39,168 bases of DNA from an uncultured Candidatus Saccharibacteria bacterium (GTDB lineage: Bacteria > Patescibacteriota > Minisyncoccia > Phycocordibacterales > SBAW01). Under the pieces are notes generated by a model, which worked only from the letters and a program-made list of their open reading frames with translations, ran no database searches and was not told the DNA's origin. Below are positions 35,860-39,168 of the stretch, piece after piece. Where the stretch lies: positions 1 through 39,168 of the forward strand of contig CAYIHD010000003.1 of assembly GCA_964363205.1 (NCBI GenBank). The letters run 5' to 3'. The translations under genes and the position numbers were made by a program. The stretch's first letter is position 1, and each line of letters begins with the position of its first letter.

Positions 35860-37113
35860 ATGCGACAGTCACAACTATTTACAAAAACACGGCGGGAGGC
35901 GCCGTCCGACGAGGTTTCCAAGAACGCGCAGCTGCTTATCCGCGCGGGGTTTGTCCACAAGGAAATGGCCGGCGTGTACGACTTTTTGCCGCTGGGCCTG
36001 CGCGTCTTAAACAAAATCATCGGCATCATTAGGGAGGAGATGAACCGGATCGGCGGGCAGGAACTCCTGCTAACAGCGCTGCAGGACCCGGAGGTCTGGA
36101 AAAAAAGCGGCCGTTGGAGCGACGAGGTGAATGATGTCTGGTTTAAAACGTCACTGAAGTCCGGCGCCGAGCTGGGGCTCGCCAACACGCACGAGGAGGC
36201 GCTGACCGCGCTCATGCGCAACCATATCGCTTCGTACAAAGATCTGCCCAAGTACCTCTACCAGTTCCAGACAAAATTCCGCAACGAACTGCGCGCCAAG
36301 TCCGGCATTTTGCGCTCGCGCGAATTTATCATGAAGGATTTGTACTCCTTTTCGCGCAACGAGGAAGAGTTCCGGAAATTTTATGAAGAGTGCGCCGCGG
36401 CGTATCTGAAAATTTTTGAGCGCGTCGGGCTCGCCGATACCACCTACCGCACGTTCGCGAGCGGCGGCTCCTTTAGCAAGTTCAGCGACGAGTTCCAGAC
36501 CGTGTGCGCGGCCGGCGAAGACACTATTTATATACACGAGGGGCGCAAGCTCGCCGTCAATAAAGAGGTGTACGACGACGCGACGCTCAGCGAGCTCGGC
36601 CTGCGCAAAGAAGATTTGCGCGAGGAGCGGGCGATTGAGGTCGGCAATATTTTTCCGCTCGGGACAAAGTACTCCGCTGCGCTCGGTCTTACCTACAAAA
36701 ACGAGCAGGGCGAGAGCGTGCCCGCGGTGATGGGCTCATACGGCATCGGCCCCGCGCGATTGATGGGCACCGTGGTTGAGTCTTTGGCGGACGATAAGGG
36801 TTTGGTGTGGCCGGATGAAATCGCGCCTTTTGCCGTGCACTTGGTACAGCTCGGCGATGACGCCGAAGTGCAAAAAGAAGCGGAGGAGATGTACCGCGAA
36901 CTTACTGAGGCGGGCATCGAAGTGCTGTGGGACGACCGCGACGCGCGCGCGGGGGAAAAATTTGCGGACAGTGACCTTATCGGCATACCGCTGCGCGTGA
37001 TTGTCTCGCAAAAATCTCTTGCCGAAGGCAAGTTTGAATGCGTCGAGCGTCAAAGCGGCACCACAGCGCATCGGACTCTCTCCGAGCTCATAGCCTCTTT
37101 GACACATGATTAA
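35860..37113 (+). CDS. proS: Proline--tRNA ligase (short form, no editing domain)
   Basis: MRQSQLF, LANTHEE, YQFQTKFRNELR, REFIMKDLYSF, IEVGNIF and MGSYGIG. Confidence 0.96.
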   Translation: MRQSQLFTKTRREAPSDEVSKNAQLLIRAGFVHKEMAGVYDFLPLGLRVLNKIIGIIREEMNRIGGQELLLTALQDPEVWKKSGRWSDEVNDVWFKTSLKSGAELGLANTHEEALTALMRNHIASYKDLPKYLYQFQTKFRNELRAKSGILRSREFIMKDLYSFSRNEEEFRKFYEECAAAYLKIFERVGLADTTYRTFASGGSFSKFSDEFQTVCAAGEDTIYIHEGRKLAVNKEVYDDATLSELGLRKEDLREERAIEVGNIFPLGTKYSAALGLTYKNEQGESVPAVMGSYGIGPARLMGTVVESLADDKGLVWPDEIAPFAVHLVQLGDDAEVQKEAEEMYRELTEAGIEVLWDDRDARAGEKFADSDLIGIPLRVIVSQKSLAEGKFECVERQSGTTAHRTLSELIASLTHD

Positions 37114-38161
37114 GCGACTTAAAAATAAATTTCTGCCGCTCATCTCCAACGACATCGGGGTGGATTTGGGCACCGCCAATACGCTGGTGTACCTGCGCGG
37201 CAAGGGTATCGTCGTGACGGAGCCGTCCGTGGTGGCGGTCAACCAAAAAACCGGCCAAGTGGTCGCGGTCGGCACTTCCGCGCGCGACATGCTCGGCCGC
37301 ACGCCCGCGCACCTGGTGGCGGTAAAGCCGCTGGTAGACGGGGTCGTCTCCGACTTTGAGGCGACCGAGGAGATGCTCGCGTATCTGATGAACCGCGCGC
37401 AGGTATTGCAAAAAAAGATGCTGGGACCGCGCGTGGTCATCGGCGTGCCCAGCGGCATCACCAATGTCGAGATGCGCGCCGTCAAAGACGCCGCCCAAAA
37501 CGCCGGAGCGCGCGAGGTGCATATTATAGAGGAGCCGATAGCCGCCGCGCTCGGCATACGGCTTCCGATACGCGAGGCGGTCGGCTCTATGCTGGTCGAT
37601 ATCGGCGGCGGCAACACGGATATCGCGGTGCTTAGCCTCGGCGGCATTGTCCGTTCTAAAAACCTGCGTATCGCCGGCGATAAGCTAAACCAAGACATCA
37701 TTTCCTACGTCCGTTCGGAATTTAAAATTTTGATAGGGGAGAAGACCGCCGAGTCGGTCAAAATAGCGATCGGCTCGGTGTTGGAGGGCGCCGGCAACGC
37801 CGAGGCGGCGATACGCGGACGCGACCTTATCACCGGCCTGCCGCGCGAGGTCGTGCTTACCGACTCCGATGTGCGCGAAGCAATTTCTCAATCAATCGAC
37901 ACGCTGGTCGAGTCGGTGCGCGAGGTGCTCGAAACGACTCCGCCGGAAATCCTCTCCGACATCATGCGCGGCGGGATAGTGCTGACCGGCGGCGGTGCGT
38001 TGCTGCGAGGCCTCGACTCTCTGCTCTCGGAATGGCTTAACGTGCCGGTGACAGTCGCCGACGACCCGCTGACGGCCGTTGCGCGCGGCACGGGCGTTAT
38101 TTTAGAAAACTTGGAACTGCACCGCGATATGCTTACCGAGCATGATGATGATATCGAGTAG
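37106..38161 (+). CDS. mreB: Rod shape-determining protein MreB (paralog 2)
   Basis: GVDLGTANT, EPSVVA, VDIGGGNTD and LTGGGALL. Confidence 0.95.
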   Translation: MIKRLKNKFLPLISNDIGVDLGTANTLVYLRGKGIVVTEPSVVAVNQKTGQVVAVGTSARDMLGRTPAHLVAVKPLVDGVVSDFEATEEMLAYLMNRAQVLQKKMLGPRVVIGVPSGITNVEMRAVKDAAQNAGAREVHIIEEPIAAALGIRLPIREAVGSMLVDIGGGNTDIAVLSLGGIVRSKNLRIAGDKLNQDIISYVRSEFKILIGEKTAESVKIAIGSVLEGAGNAEAAIRGRDLITGLPREVVLTDSDVREAISQSIDTLVESVREVLETTPPEILSDIMRGGIVLTGGGALLRGLDSLLSEWLNVPVTVADDPLTAVARGTGVILENLELHRDMLTEHDDDIE

Positions 38162-38891
38162 AACATCCGCCGGCGCCGCGCGCTCCAAGCGCATATGGTT
38201 GTTTGCCGTTGTGGCGGTCGCGTTGCTGATAGGGGCCGCCGCGCTTTGGCGCGCGCCGCTTTCTGAATCTCTGTGGAACCTGCTCTCACCGGTTATGAGC
38301 GCGCGTTTCGGCGGCGGTACGGCGCCGGCCGACCCGGCACTCATAGCCGCGACAAAGTCGGACCGCGACGCGCTGTATCAGGAAAATATAGAGTTAAAGG
38401 CGCGGCTCGGCCGCGACGCGCGCGTCAAGCGGATATTGGGCGCCGTGCTTTTGCGCCCTCCGGCGACGCCGTACGACACGCTGGTTATCGACGCGGGGGA
38501 GGCCGACGGTATCGCCGCCGGTGACACCGTTTCCGCGGGCGGTACGACCGTGATAGGCACGGTGTCGGAGGTGTATGCGCGCGCCGCGCGCGTCACGCTG
38601 TACTCCGCGCCGGGGCAAAAATATGATGCTCTTTTGCGCGGGACTATCCCGCTTGCGGTTGAGGGTCAGGGCGGGGGTTCCTTGCGCGCGCAGGTTCCCG
38701 CCGGCACCGCGGTGTCTTTAGGCGATTTTGCGATTCTGCCGGGTATTGTCGGAGGGCTAAGCGCGCGCGTGTCGCGTGTCGAGCACGCGGACGGCGAGTC
38801 GTTTAGTACGCTATACTTTTCATTACCGGTTAACGTTTCAGCATTGAGGTTTGTAGAGGTTTGGAAACAAACAACCCATGTCACACAGTAG
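38142..38891 (+). CDS. mreC: Rod shape-determining protein MreC
   Basis: N-terminal TM, LYQENIELKARLG coiled coil, RPPATPYDTLVIDAG...GI..GD.V. Directly follows mreB. Confidence 0.85.
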   Translation: MMMISSRTSAGAARSKRIWLFAVVAVALLIGAAALWRAPLSESLWNLLSPVMSARFGGGTAPADPALIAATKSDRDALYQENIELKARLGRDARVKRILGAVLLRPPATPYDTLVIDAGEADGIAAGDTVSAGGTTVIGTVSEVYARAARVTLYSAPGQKYDALLRGTIPLAVEGQGGGSLRAQVPAGTAVSLGDFAILPGIVGGLSARVSRVEHADGESFSTLYFSLPVNVSALRFVEVWKQTTHVTQ

Positions 38892-39168
38892 CCGCTTACT
38901 TTACGCAACAACTTTTATTCTCGCTTCGGCCGGGTTTCTTTTGCCGTTCTGGCCGCTGTCGGTTGCGGGAGTGGCGATAGCCGCGCTCTCCGGCAGGTGG
39001 ATCTTCGCCGTTATTATCGGGCTTTTGCTCGACATCGCGTGGGGCGCGCCTACCGGCGCCTACCAATACGTCTTCTTTCCGTTTACCGTTTTGGCGCTCG
39101 CGTGCATAGTTGCCCGCCACTGGGGTACCCGCTACTTTTTTGACCGCAACCGCCAGGAAAAGATTTAA
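38878..39168 (+). CDS. Small membrane protein in the MreD position
   Basis: Hydrophobic, GLLLDIAWG motif, overlaps the mreC end. Confidence 0.6.
   Translation: MSHSSRLLYATTFILASAGFLLPFWPLSVAGVAIAALSGRWIFAVIIGLLLDIAWGAPTGAYQYVFFPFTVLALACIVARHWGTRYFFDRNRQEKI

Noticed and set aside
30663..38161. Two mreB copies as a novelty or recent duplication
   Set aside because: The paralogs are clearly diverged, and multiple MreB-family genes are common in monoderm bacteria.

Overview
Chromosomal segment that looks like a Patescibacteria/CPR (Parcubacteria-like) genome. This is inferred from the compact core genes, two mreB paralogs, short ProS and CPR-type RAYT and RT; the genetic code is standard code 11. 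Contents in order: a terminal poly-C run and a DGR-type reverse transcriptase; a probable toxin-antitoxin pair; hisS/truB; a class Ic (Phe in place of the radical Tyr) ribonucleotide reductase split by a small promoter-ORF-terminator cassette; a REP-flanked RAYT transposase; a surface protein; a mannose/glycolipid cluster (GH130 x3 domains, HAD-IIB, cupin, GT2, GT4, PAP2 x2, DedA); a SWIB protein; an alphaproteobacterial-type outer-membrane beta-barrel; PIN-PhoH; a tRNA-Asn(GUU) interrupted by a 187-nt group I intron and surrounded on both sides by small ORFs delimited by tRNA-3'-end/T-loop-like repeats; then hpf, fmt/def, murA, mreB, holB-like, nth, frr, rseP, a DHH-like gene, proS and mreBCD. 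The most notable patterns are the tRNA-anchored cassette array, two coexisting expression grammars (leaderless -10-only core genes versus -35/-10 + Shine-Dalgarno + terminator accessory units), three unannotated structured RNA candidates, and palindromes embedded in coding regions. All calls were made by eye with no database searches.
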